The notes beneath the pieces were generated by a model, which saw only the letters and a program-made list of their open reading frames with translations, was not told the DNA's origin and did no database searches. A stretch of DNA of 62,190 nt, the filler included, from Sphacelaria rigidula (lineage: Eukaryota), in the NCBI GenBank assembly GCA_964200075.2. It is 5 parts of 5 records of this genome, joined end to end, with 100 filler letters (N's around TTAATTAATTAA, not from the genome) between each part and the next. Parts side by side here need not be neighbours in the genome. Positions count along the whole stretch, not along the records: positions 12,460 to 24,818 come from CAXNAA020003861.1; positions 24,919 to 37,277 come from CAXNAA020003862.1; positions 37,378 to 49,734 come from CAXNAA020003863.1; 2 more parts are not named here. One strand, written 5' to 3'. The translations under genes and the position numbers were made by a program. How positions within the stretch are numbered: position 1 is the first letter of the stretch; each line of letters opens with the position of its first letter. Shown piece by piece: positions 13,386 through 38,499 of the stretch.

Positions 13386-13494
13386 GAGTGATGCTACGGT
13401 AGGGGTGCACAAATATTTTCTGAGGTTAGAATTGTTAGGAGACCTTTATCTCATCCAAAACGCGACCTATGAAAATATGTGGAAGTACGCCAGG
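13386..13494 (+). repeat. Dispersed repeat, second copy at 49627-49734
   Basis: GAGTGATGCTACGGTAGGG...TTTCTGAGGTTAGAATTGTTAGGAG shared. Confidence 0.8.
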
Positions 13495-14336
13495 ATTACT
13501 ACTCCGATGTGTGTTGGGGATCTCCCGAATGAAGTTGCAAACGGGGATGTCCTGACCCATATTCTTGTGCATCTTGAATCGTTAGGAGCCCCTGAACTAG
13601 ACATAATTTCGCGAAAAAAGTGCACCCCTACCGTAGCATTGCTCCTCGTTAAACTGACAACCCCAATGAGGTCACCTCTATTTACGTACTCGGGATGCCA
13701 CCGAGAAGGTGCTCCTGGCCCTAGACACTGCCTTGTTCACAGCAGCCTTGAGCACACTAGCAAGCGCGTCGGGGAACTCCCGAGCACCCTTCTCGAACGC
13801 ATTCTCAGCCTCCCCAACCATAACGCTTTCTCACGTCCGACTAACATTGAGCAGAAAAAACGACGAGGAGGCGCGGATCACCTGCTTACAGTATCGTGAT
13901 GAACTCTAACTTGAAACATGCCCTGTGCGAGCAGCGGAACAATTCGTGGCGGAAGGACCACGGATTGGAATATGACGCAAGGCTATATCTTCCCCCGAAT
14001 TGACATTTCAACAGCGACTCAAGAATATGGATCGGCATCGATGTCCGCCGCCCAGATGACCGCGGTACTCAGGCAGTGGCAAGGATGCAGGAATCAAATG
14101 CCCGCTATAATATGTGTGTATTTCGATCGCCCGGGAGGTGCCGTCCTCCCGGCTCTGGCAAGCGACGACTTGAAGACTATCGTAGGCAGGGATTTCAGGA
14201 AAAGATCCAGGACAGCTTAAAAATATATGAGATTCATGGAAGTGGTTGTTTCCGGAACAGCCGGAAACTCAAGGATCGTTGGCGTTTTGAAGGCACCGTA
14301 CGGGGATTTTTTTTTCCCACTACAAGAACAGAGTAA

Positions 14337-14524
14337 GGCCCTGTCTTAGCACATGGGTTTTCGATCGAAAAAGTGCGTTGGAGAACAAAAATCTTGATCC
14401 GATAGGTCGTAATTTCAACCATCGTCGTTTATTTTGAAGACGGTTGAAATCATGACCTATCAGATCAGGAGTTTGTTCTCAACCGCACTTTTTCGATCGA
14501 AAACCCATGTGCTGAGACAGGCCC
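14337..14524. mobile_element. Palindromic Tourist/Harbinger-like MITE
   Basis: ~85-bp arms, GGCCCTGTC terminus, flanks TAA/CAA. Confidence 0.8.
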
Positions 14525-15362
14525 CAAGACATGGTCGGCCGTTGGCAATTAACCCATCTACGCGTACTCGCAGAGACACCAGCGGGGTGCGTTCGACCAG
14601 GAGCAAGGCCCGCGCCCGAGAGAGTAGAGGATGAATTGAGTCACAAAGTGAGTAAGCTGACGAGGGTAAGGACCCTTCTTATCGAGAAGGGGATTTTACC
14701 CTTTTTTACAATCCTCTCTCGACAGGGGATTGGTCCCATAACGACCGGTCCTGAGTCCTATCGAGAAGCAGTTTTGTACAGATTGGATCCCAGATCTGCA
14801 CACGTAGGTTCAGAAATGCGGTGGGTCTGGAAGTGGTCGTTAGCCCAGGTCTGTGTAATGCTGCAGACAAGACGCAACAAGGCAACACAATTGGGCTTCT
14901 TTCGCTGCCGCAGAAAAAGCAGAATTCCGTATTTTTGAGCAGAAAAACGGCCGTGAAAAAACAGAACGAAGAACAAAATATGTCGCAGATTTTCAGATAA
15001 TACAGCAGATTCTAGAGAGGATAGAGCATAATTGGGATTGCCTGGCGCAGATTTCCGATAGGACAGCGCAGGCTTGCGATTTCCTCAGACAGAAAATCTG
15101 CAGACAGACAGACAGACAGACAGACCTCCTTTCAGCGCCCTACACGTTACACGTTCATGTTTCACGTTTCACGTCAAAAGTTAAGCCAGGCTNNNNNNNN
15201 GCCAGGCTAGTACTACGGTGGGGGACGGGGACCACGTGGGCAGCTCCTGTTAAAAAATCAAGTCAAATCAGGGTGCGATGCTCCTCAAGTACCTCAACAG
15301 GTGACGGGGCTGTACGCCGTATGTAGGCGATGGGTCGTGATGTATATGACTGTTGCGCTTAA

Positions 15363-15900
15363 CCCTTTGATGGCGAGAGAAGGCCTTCTGTTGAATCGGC
15401 ATTAATTTCACTTGGAAAAAGTATGCACGGTCCAGATGGACTTCGCTCGCGGTCAAGGGTCTAACCCTTACTCTTCGAGGGCAGTCCATCCAGTAGACGT
15501 GAAGCATTGGGCGTATATCTACGGTTGACAACATGACTACTTGATTTTCGACTATAGAAAATTCTGAGAAAATTCAAGGTTTGAGGCAGTTGAGCAGTGG
15601 ACCCAGCTCGTCCAGAACGTGTTCTTGTCGAAATCGGCGCCTGCGGTGTCGATTTGAGGTCTGCCAACGCACACGTTGTCTGGGAGAATCTATTCACCCC
15701 CCTTGCCCGAGGGTCTCGTACGCCTTGGGTCGGGGTTAGGGTTAAGGTTAGCGTTATTCTTAGTTTGTTCGAAATATTCAACGATAGATATACGACCAAA
15801 AAATTAGGTCGCCTCAGTCCACCCGGATCACGCATAATTTTTTTCAAGTGAAGCTGATGTCGATTCAGCAGATGACCTGCTTACTCTCGCCGTACACCCG
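15363..15900. mobile_element. Stacked piggyBac-like MITEs
   Basis: TTAA-CCCTTTGA...GGTCAAGGGT-CTAA-CCCTT...; same body (TTTTTCAAGTGAA...GATTCA) as 7173, 16953 and 49836. Confidence 0.65.
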
Positions 15901-16598
15901 TAACGCTTGGCTGAGATGGACCATGCCACATAGAACAGCTCTTCTCTCGCTACACGAAACGCCTTCTTTCATGAACATGTGATTGTTCGGCATCTATTTA
16001 GAAAATGGTCCCGGAGAACCCCTGACCGGTTCTGACCCTGCCGTCTACTGCGTGTAGAGTCAGTATGTGTGTTGCATGTCTACTTTGGATACAACGGCGA
16101 GAAACAGAAAGGGCGCCATCGCTCTCTGCTGAACATATTCTACTGCATGTTACTGATGTCTCTGCTTAGTGTTCCACACCGCTACAGACGGTGTGCAGCT
16201 GTGCTGGCAACACATGGAGGGGGCAGACAGGCGGCACAGACCACGAGCAGAGTACAAAACACGCTATTCATGCCCCATGCAAACAGTGGCTGAATTGCCA
16301 TGACCAACACGAGGAACACGGCTAGATAGCAAAGTAGTCCACCTGTTGGGGAACAAAGTGGCCATTTTGATAGCTGTGATTGGTCGGGATGATCACTCCG
16401 CTCCTCTCGAGCCTCGTTCTTGGCTTGAAATTCTTTCAAACACACATGGTAGACTTGGTGAGCTTTTCGGCTGTTCTGCGAACAGGCCCTCACTCCCCTA
16501 TCCCCCCCACCTCCCCCCCGCCCCTGGAAACCCCCGGATGTTTCTGGACTGTCAACCTGTGGAACTGTTCCGAGACGACGCTCGCTGTCTCGGGTTAA

Positions 16599-16952
16599 CC
16601 CTCAGACCACTTTGTATGGCAACCAATCCGTATTCGTACAAATATGAGGATTTCAGCCCGTTTGAATCAGATTTTCTCCTGTAGATAGATTTTTCGGACT
16701 CCAGTCGGTTGGGATATGATTCTTGCCCAGGTCTGAGGAAACCACATTAATTCTCCGATTCTCCGGGCGCTAACTTTTGGTTCGTCACCTTTCTGCTCAG
16801 ATGCGGGAGTCTGGTTTCCTCAGAGCTGAGCGAAAAACATTTCCCAACTGACTAGGGTCCGAAATATCAATCCACGGGAGAAAGTCGGATTCAAACGGGC
16901 TGAAATCCTCATATTTGTACAGATACGGATTGGTTGCCATACAAAGTGGTCT
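16599..16952. mobile_element. Hairpin MITE with ~140-bp inverted arms, piggyBac-like left end
   Basis: TTAA-CCCTCAGACCACTTTGTATGGCAACCAATCCG... mirrored by ...CGGATTGGTTGCCATACAAAGTGGTCT. Confidence 0.82.
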
Positions 16953-17048
16953 TCGACCGCGAGGGTAGTCCATCTGGATCATGCACAATTTTTTCAAGTG
17001 AAACAGATGCCGATTCAACTCTCATGACCTACTCTCGCCGTCTAAGGG
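16953..17048. mobile_element. Short piggyBac-like MITE fused to the preceding element
   Basis: GACCGCGAGGG...CTCGCCGTCTAAGGG. Confidence 0.62.
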
Positions 17049-17306
17049 TCGACCATGATTTTGGAATGTGAGTTTCACGTAGATTTGTCGAATCTTCTAG
17101 ATCGTCGTGGGAAGTTCCTCGCGGTTCCCGCAGTCTTGTAGAGCGTCTGGTAGCTAAACGGCTCCTGAAAGCTGATAGTCTAGTAGTCGTCGAGAGAACA
17201 CGAGTGCGCTCCCACGGTGCCCATTCCACTTCTTCGCTCAAACCTGACCCGGGAGTCAGTCAGAAATAATCAAGACATATTTCCAGTCTTCTTGTTCTGT
17301 CGGACA

Positions 17307-17650
17307 CCGGTCGCCCCGGTGGCTCGGTTGGTGACGTCGAAACCTCCTGACGATCCGAATCTCGGAGCGATCTAGGATTTTTACTCACATAATGCCCAAC
17401 AGTGGAAAGCGACTGTGTCGTGGGTACACAAATTTCGACTTCACCGTCGACGAGGGAAGGAGACCGCCGAACCCTTCTTGCGATAGTGAAAAAAGACAAG
17501 CACCACAGAAGGAAGGGGGAATGCTACAACAAATAAGGAGTAAAACCTCTCCCGTGTTGACCTTCCTCCTGTGTGACCCCAGCTGATGCGTCCACATATA
17601 TCGAAAGATATAAATTGACGTCTAGGATGGATAGGATGACAACACAATAC
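17307..17650 (+). mobile_element. tRNA-headed SINE-like element
   Basis: A-box TGGCTCGGTTGG; body AATTTCGACTTCACCGTCGACGAGGGA. Confidence 0.75.
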
Positions 17651-18454
17651 GAGGCACACCGAGCTTCTGCTATGCGAGCTATATACGACAACAAATCAGC
17701 ATAAGATAAGTTCTGTAGTTCACCCAGCTACGACAGCTGCAACTGTGAACGCCTAGATCTGTGAGGGGCGGGGTGATATCGCGGTGACCAATCAACGTGC
17801 TGCTTTTGGACCCTTGCTTCGCTCTTGGGCGTTTTTTTCTGGTCCAGTTGACCCTCAGACCGCGAGAATCTGTAGCGACCATGCACCAGATGGAGTGGTC
17901 CGAAGAAAAATCCAACCATTCTATGGCCCAAATTATCGCAACATTTCTGAGCAGGAAATTCGGGTTATCTGAGTCTGGGGAATAGGGCCAGATAAGAGGA
18001 CTCCACGTGAGATTGCTTCAGCTGATCTGACCTCAAGTTGTTTGTCTTGAGGTGGTCGAGTCGTCACTGCTGTTTGGGTCAGATCATTCCACAATCAGAA
18101 CTACCGACATATGACACCAACTCCACAAATACATACCATAGCTAGGCTTTTGCCTTTTATGCGCGCACATAATTTCGCATCAAACGGGGTTTTGCGCATA
18201 AGCATATGCGTTTTTTTTAAAACATATGTTTTCCAAGATGTCAGCATAACAAAGGCAAAATAGCTCAGTTTTGCGCATAACTTGGCGCATATAGTACTCC
18301 AACGGGATTATGCACCCCATGTCCAGCAGCTAGTAGCTGCCCACGGGTACTCCATGTGGCGTGGTTCGTGGAGTCGTGGCGTTTGCATTCGTACTTTATT
18401 TTTTTGAACTCTATTGCGGGTCTGATATCGGTTATGGTGCTGTATGTGAGCTCC

Positions 18455-18812
18455 TTTATGTTTATGTATGTGTTGTGTTGTCGTCCCATTTTTTCTGGGC
18501 GCCAGTCTGCATCTTTCGGCATATGTAGGCGCACCAGCCGCGGTTACACAGGAGGAAGGTCAACGCAGGAGTTTTTCCTTTTCTGTTTGTGTTTAGCACC
18601 CCACTTACCTTCTGCGGTGCTTCCCTTTGTTTTTTATCGCGAGAGGGGTGCACTCTCTTTCACTCGTAGACCATTAAGTCGAATTATGTGTACCCACAAC
18701 ATAGTCACTCTCCACTGTTGGGCACGTTGTGATAAAAATCCCTAGATCGCTCCAGGAATTGAACCCCACTTCTCAACAATCACAAGGTTTCGAGGTTACC
18801 AACTGAGCCACA
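18455..18812 (-). mobile_element. tRNA-headed SINE-like element
   Basis: A-box TGGCTCAGTTGG, B-box GGTTCAATTCC, ACAT-rich tail. Confidence 0.75.
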
Positions 18813-21800
18813 AGACTACTATGGCCATTTTATGTGAAACTGATGAAAAACAAAATGAAATCTCGAAATATTCAACATGCCCTCTTGTTTTCTTGCTGGA
18901 AGATACTTTCCATGAGCGGTGCCGCCAGGAACCCGCCAGGAACCGCCTCAAGAAGGACGCGAAAAACGCACATAGGTCGCACATTATTTCCTACCAAAAT
19001 ATGTGTAAATCGGCGCATAATGTTCGTTTTCGAACACAGAAAAAGTTGGGAACACGAGCATAAGAACAAAATAATGCACACAAAAAGCAAAACCCTAACC
19101 CTGGTCAAACTTGAACTTCGCATTCTCGATTCAAGACGATTCTTTAGTTTTTTCGGTGACCACAACTTTTCGCGGTTTCAGTGCAACCCCAAACGTTAGG
19201 AATCGGGCGACATGAGTATCCGACACAAGTTTTGCGAAGAAATATTATGTGCACTTAACTTAGTACGATATACGGGCTCATCGGTCTTTGGGGGTCCTAC
19301 GAGTGTCCAACCTCCGGCTCTCGCTCTTTGACGTTTTCGCTCAACCGAACCGATTCGGCTCGTTACAATGGATAATTCTATGCCTTCAATTTTCCTATTT
19401 TCTCGATTTTCATTGCACTATAGCCAAAAAACGTGTTGGGGGGCACATGCGGTCAATAACACCCTCTCGATAAACGAGATTTCACTCCGTATAATTTCGA
19501 CAGCATGAAACTGGGAAATGTGTCCTGAACACAACCTTCTTCTCTTTCCAACGTCTACCGACTCTCAAACTCTCGAGTGAAGTTGAGCAACTCTCCGCAG
19601 AAAAATCCCATTTGAGTGTATATGATTGAGTGAATACCATATTCAAAGTTTGACTGCTGTAACCTTAATGTAACATCAACATTACAACATTCACGTGGGT
19701 CCCGCTATAGTGCGGTCAATCATCTCTCCAGAAGCCTCAAAATCTTGCTGTGCGTTGATCATTCCGCAACTATCCCGCTTCCCTCAACGGGCTGTACTGC
19801 TGTAAATACTTAGGAATGACATCTACCTTACTTGCATAGCTCTTAATGGTGAGTGCACTCACCTCTTCCATATCTCGCTCTGTGAGCACCGTTGTTGTCT
19901 CTCCGTGTTAGTTGTTTCCTGATGCAACAGTGCCGGTGCTGGGGTGCAGCCCAAGGTGTTAAAAAAGCATGAATGTTGGTGGGCTTGGCAAGCAGCTGCC
20001 ACACGAAGAAGAATAACGTTGTCGATCGCCGTCTTGAAAGAAACACGTTGCTTCGCTGTGTTTGCTGGTAGTGGTGGTGGTGATTACCCACATCCGTCCT
20101 ACTGTTGTGCTGCTGTTTGGAGCACATAACGTGGTGCAAATTCAGGTTCATGATGAATATCTGTGATGTAGCTTCCTGAAACTTGAACAACTCAACTGGC
20201 CCTCCTGAACGCTATTATGCTGTGATGCCGTACAATCGGCACAAAGGCTTGCTCGGGGCACGAGGATCACTGCAACGCGCAGCTGGAATGAAGATAAATT
20301 CTGGTCATATCTCCTGGACCAGCTCGAAGACCGAGGTTCGAGGGCTCAAGACCCAAGGCGCAAGGGTACCTTGCGGAGAGCTGTTGTTTTTTATTCGTAC
20401 AGGAGCCATACTTGTCAGACCTGTTGTCGTATTCCCCAAAATATTGTAGCAACATATTCTGCTCTCTTTCGATGAGCCTGCTCTGTTGTAATAAAAGTGT
20501 ATCAAGTGCGGCAAGACGTCAAACTCCATAAGAAAACTCTTGCAATACACTCTCTCTCTCCTTGATGTCATACAAGCCGGTTACATACATGGCAGATAAA
20601 CCGAGGACAGAACTAAAATTTCGGAGCTCTACGAAATGACGTGTAGTATATTAGGACATTGGAGAGCGAGACGGCCCGTAGGTGCTACATTATGAGTACC
20701 CTGTGAGTACACTTCGTCACAGACAAGTCAGTACAGTATAGTATAGTATAGTACATTACAGTACAGTGTACTCGAACAGCAGTACAATTTACTACAACAG
20801 TACAGTATAGGACAGTCGATGTCATCCCGACAAGCTTGCGTGGCCGCTTAGGCACACATAAGCCGTGGTGTTCAAAATCCACATCGGTAAAGCAAGCCTG
20901 TCGTCGATGCGACGGGGCAGTAAACGGACGGTGTCTGCCTGCCTGTCCGTCTGTCGCTACGGCACGTAATATTACATTCCGAAAAGCGTCGAGCTCTCGT
21001 CAGATAAATTGAATGCGAGGGGCTTGGAGGCATTAGCAGCCGGAGTAACAATTGGCAACAGCACACACACGCTACAACGACAGCACCGACACTATCACCA
21101 ACAGCCTCTTTAGCAAAGCTTGGCTGAACGGGTTCGCCTGTAACACGTGGGATCCTTGGTGAGACGGAAGGAGAGACACTGGGGCGAGACGAAGAAGCAA
21201 CAGCAAATTTCACCACTCCGAATCTGCTCAATACATCACCTAATCGGGTTCTTTCGCTGCAAAGAACTGGCAGTGGGGGCAGTGGGTGAGGGGTGGGAAT
21301 AGACTCCCACAAGCTGGATTCACACATGGAGGGTGGGGGGTAGGGGGGAGGTCAAGTTGGCCAGCCTTCGCCTTTTATTTTGACGACCGCGATCCTATAT
21401 TTGAGGTTGAGTACTGCGGTGTACTGGCTGTTGTACCACTGTAACGTGTACAGTGCTGCCTTTGCAGGGAAGAGGGACATACATTAAGAGTATAAGGATA
21501 ACCCTCGACAAATTGCGGGACGTCTTGGTCAAATTTGTTCTTTCATATCTGACCCCCAAAAACAACATTTTTTTGTGTGCCTTCCTGCTGTACAGTGCGG
21601 AATCAAATTTGGGATTCGGAGCTTTCTTGGGCGGTACAGAACGGTAGTAGAGACAGCGCAGCACAAGAGAAGGAAGTCCCAACACTGGACTGTCTTGTCT
21701 GCTTTCCTACTTTGGAAGGAGGGGGTGTAACTTCTGTCGATACATCAGCAGCAGCTCTCTCGATTCCACAGCTCGGTGAATTGTTCGTGGTGAGACATGA

Positions 21801-24527
21801 GGCGGCGCGGCGCAAAAGAAGTGGAGACAGCGCCAGCTGGCGTGGATAGCAGCAGGGGTGGTAGCGCTGCCGGGATGCCGGCAGGGGAGATGGTTGTGGG
21901 TCTTGGCGTGTTGAGTGACTACACGAGTGTCTCAAGGGGGGAATGCCGAACGGTAAGCAGCAAATATTCTCGTGCGGGTTTCTTGTTGAGATTGTTGAGA
22001 TCATCTGTGAGGGTACAGATGATGCAAAACGTACTCCGTACGTCGTATACCTAATGGCAAGTAGATTCTACACCCTCAGTCAATGCAGTGGGCGTAATGG
22101 AAAGGGCCAGAGCGAGGATGGGTGCTCGTTTTCCCAGTTTCGCCCTATAAAAATCCATGTTTTTGACTGCTTGCTCAACACAGTCTACAAAGAATCGGGT
22201 GTTGCAAATACTGTTGTCTCTGTCCTGTGCACCGTACGATGCTAGTGCCTGAACGCTGATACACGGAACAGCTCCACCGATACCTTACAGTGCACACAAG
22301 CGCTCCTCAGCCCCACTAAATCCAGCCGTTGCAGTATTTTCCTGTACTAGAACCCCCATCAATCGGCTCTATCTTCAGTCCACTTCACGAGTCATCGTGA
22401 GGAAAGTGGCCGTTTCCTTTATCCTCAGTATTTTCTCATCACACCAGCAGCCCTCCATACGGAGGGCACCAGGTACGATGCTGTCTGATGCGCAGTCCAG
22501 TCCTGTACTAAACAGCAGTCCACTCAATTAATAGTGGGTACAGCCGGTACAAAAAAGTGTTGCCCATCGCACTCTGTCCTTCGAACGACAACACAAATCT
22601 GTAGTGTTCACCTTGCACTTCACGACAGGCCACACTGCTTCCTTCTGTGTAATCGGGACACTCGCACGCGAGTAGGCAGGTTCTACAGAGAGCAACATCA
22701 CAGTAGTACCGTGGATAGACGGGGGAGAATGGTGCGGTGGTGAGGGAAGGGCGGTGTGGGGGGAGGGATATTTTACGGATGGCGCAACCGCAAACAAGCA
22801 CCAACCTTGGTCCTGTCCTGTACTCGTGAATTCATACACAAATACCCCCCTGTTCATACGGAGCAGTCGACGAAATGTTCGGCTGAAGTCCCACAGGGCA
22901 AAATTCACTGGGTGCTATTACAATAAGAGCCAGTACAGACGACACTGTACTGTTCACGCGGAAAGCAAGTTCCTTGACGCTGCTTCCTGCAGCCTTCTCC
23001 GTAGCTATATATCTCGTATTATTTCAACTTGGTCTCATTATAGAACAGCGTACTCGGATCTTGAAGAGGGCTGACAGTCTCACGGGCTCGTCCGCGTGCG
23101 CACAGGACGCGTACATGTTCCTACTCCCGAACGGCGCTGATTCGAGATTAATTATTTTGTGAGCTACATGTCACCCGGCGCACCCTCCTCAACCCGAGGG
23201 GTCTCGGTCTGCACTTGGATCAGGGGTTTCCTCGGAAGTTTGACAACTGCAAATATGTGTCAACCATGAGGTTTGGTAATAGTTTTGGACCTCGGTCCCT
23301 GCGTACAGAAGATATATGCGACTGCCACTACCATGTACCCCAATGCAACAGCTGCTGTGTAAATTAATCCGTGCATTTTATCATCCCTAGCCAGAGCATA
23401 AGGTGCCCAAGCGATAACCGCTGGCAAGAGGGGGACATGACGTCCTGGCCGTCTCTGTAAGCAGTTCAATTTGATTCGGTATTGATATGCTAGTATACCT
23501 TTTTGCGTATCAATATTCCGTGTGCTGTTTTTTTCTCCTTTGATTAGTTACAACAGTACTGTACAAATCTAGAACTCTTTCGTGAATAGTTCAGATGGTG
23601 CACAACCCCGACGCAGACGGAGATGGATTTGCTTTTTTCCACCAGACATCATTTCCGATTCCCCACATGAAGACACGACGTACCTAAGTGGTCGGATAGT
23701 TACAACAACCCCTCTGGCCGCCGGATTGAATCAGTCATCTTTGCTTCAACCTCGCGGTGGGAGGGCTGAAAACCGCTGAAGGACCAGACCCTCATCGTAC
23801 TGTAGTTGGGATCTACAGCACACGGACAGCCGTTTCATGGGGGAGTTCGGAATAAAAGAGACGACGCGTACGCCTACACACACAAAAGGCCGTTGCGATG
23901 CAGATGTATTGCTGCTTCCGTCCTACAGTGGTAATGCGTGTGTGGGCCAAGACCAGCAGCCCTATGCCGTTGCTGCGTAACAGTACAGTCGTGGTGAAAT
24001 TACGGCAGCAGTAGCCATACACCAGTGTGGTGACGCCAGCCGGTGTATATTTGCTGGGGGAGGTGAAAGCTGTCTGGGCGCGGCGCGTGGGTGTGGATGT
24101 GGTCAAGAGGTGATTTGATTTGACGCCTGAGGCTTTCGGGAAATTTCCCCCCACCCCTACAGCCCACGGAGCAAAACCAGCAACCAGCTGACGTACAGAC
24201 GAGCAACGGACATGGAACCGCAAGGGCGGGGTGCCTACCCCCTCGTACGAACCCTTGTGGTGGGTAGCAAAGCTGTGACGGAGGTACCCACCACCCCCAG
24301 CACCTGTGAGCTCGACAGCACGCACGACAAAATTATGCGCAGGGCAAAAAAATGCTCCTGGCTCTCGCAAAATAAACTCTCGCGAAATTCTGAACATGAG
24401 AAATTCTGAAATTCTGAAAAATTCCGCATGCCTATTGGCCAAAGCTATGTATTTGGCTTTACTTCGACTTATGCGTCAATCTACGCCTGCCTACAAAGAG
24501 CATGCTCCAAAAATCGCGAGATTGGCA

Positions 24528-24775
24528 CCGGTCGCCCCGGTGGCTCAGGTGGTGGTAACCTCGAAACCTTTTGAAATTTGGGTAGTGGGTTCGAATCTCG
24601 GTGTCGTCATCTGGTCCGAGTTTTTCTCTGACACCATATGCCCAACCATACGTTTAGTAGAGAGCGCCTCTATCGTGCGTACACAAATTTCAAAATTCGA
24701 CTTCACGGTCGACGAGGGACAGGGACCGCTGCATTCTCCTCGCGATAAAAGTGATGACAAGCACCGCAGAAGGAG
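24528..24775 (+). mobile_element. tRNA-headed SINE-like element, 3'-truncated
   Basis: A-box TGGCTCAGGTGG, B-box GGTTCGAATCT, shared body. Confidence 0.72.
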
Positions 24776-24818
24776 GGGGGGGGGGGGTGTACTCATGATC
24801 ATGCATGCCATAGTCATC

Positions 24819-24918
24819 NNNNNNNNNNNNNNNNNNNNNNNNNNNNNNNNNNNNNNNNNNNNTTAATTAATTAANNNNNNNNNNNNNNNNNNNNNNNNNN
24901 NNNNNNNNNNNNNNNNNN
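24819..24918. other. Assembly gap with TTAATTAATTAA spacer; others at 12360-12459, 37278-37377 and 49735-49834, plus an 8-N gap at 15193-15200
   Basis: Identical 44N+12+44N layout. Confidence 0.97.
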
Positions 24919-24948
24919 GGGGCGAAAGGGAGGTGTGTGATCACTCAC

Positions 24949-37153
<12,205 letters not shown>

Positions 37154-37377
37154 CTGATGACCAAGTGCACCGAAGCAAAAAAAGGCGGGGGGGGGGGGGG
37201 GGGGGGGGGAAGAAAAAAGTCCGGGGGGGCGGGTTACAACCCGAAGTGGTCCAAGATCGGAGGAACACCCCAATAAANNNNNNNNNNNNNNNNNNNNNNN
37301 NNNNNNNNNNNNNNNNNNNNNTTAATTAATTAANNNNNNNNNNNNNNNNNNNNNNNNNNNNNNNNNNNNNNNNNNNN

Positions 37378-37468
<91 letters not shown>

Positions 37469-37469
37469 C
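37378..37469 (+). repeat. (CAA)n microsatellite at gap edge
   Basis: Direct. Confidence 0.95.
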
Positions 37470-38158
37470 GCGATAATAAATGGCGTTACCAACATTAATG
37501 ACAAAACAGTAATATTGTAGCAATAATAGCAACAGTTGTAACACTTTCCTCCAAGATATTACCGTCTACACTCAAACAAACGCTCTTCAGAAACCGTCTA
37601 ATGATACGACAATCGAAATTGCCGGGAAGCATCCTGCGTTGTGGACATGTATATCTGGCGTTTACCCTTGATGTTCCTTGGTCTATTCATTAATGGTCAA
37701 TGTTTCTCCGCCCCCAAGCCCTCGTTTGGCGTGGTGAACATGGAATTCTGCAAAGGAGGTTGAGATAGCCTACGGTACAGGAAAGGATACGGTCATGACT
37801 TGGCTCTTCAGGAATTATGGGGTACTCAGCGTCCATTTGGCAGCCGATACCCCGTTGAGCGTGAAATACTCAGCAGTTTTGGCCGGATATCAATGAAATA
37901 AGGGGAGAAGAAGCGCTAAGACGAATAGAAGAGGAAGAGCACCTCATGATATACGAGGGGTGGAGAGAGGAGATAGGGGAGGGAATATATCTGCATGGGT
38001 CATTGGACTCTGCGAGAATATTTGAACTACAATTCCGGGTGGGAGACCTGGACCTGCCAGGAAGAAGGAAGAGGTATGCCGATAGTTGAGTGGAGGAGAA
38101 AGTAGATGCACAGAACTGCTCTTGTGGCAGGGCAATAGAGAGTGATATTCATGCAGTA

Positions 38159-38420
38159 TGTGACGCCAGCCAGTGGAAGCACTGTTGGATCACTGCTGTT
38201 GAGGGACTCCCCAGTCTCACTGGTCTCAGTTTCAGGTGTCAGCCTTTTCAACATCTCATATGAATTATCGGAGTGAGCTTTCAAGGCACCAGATTTCCAG
38301 AAACGCAAGTACCATCTGCGTGTCCCCTGTCATTATCCACAACCCTCGAGAATCCCCGTGCCCCCAGTCATTATCCATATCATCACTACCAACTCAACGT
38401 AACGGCGTATTGTCGTCACC
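38159..38420 (-). repeat. 3' LTR
   Basis: TGTGACG...GTCACC; aligns to 42614-42873 with many substitutions and indels. Confidence 0.86.
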
Positions 38421-38499
38421 GCATCCCCAAAGCGCGTTGGACGAAAATCGATCAACAAGCTTGACACATAGAAACGACAAATCGATGAGTAAGTCACAA

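Noticed and set aside
15184-15208. GCCAGGCT direct repeat around 8 Ns
   Set aside because: Likely an unmerged contig overlap
23780-24330. Missing final ATPase exons (YDE at ~23795, acceptor at ~24304)
   Set aside because: Translations do not resemble M9-M10 (no YDExRK, no hydrophobic helices)
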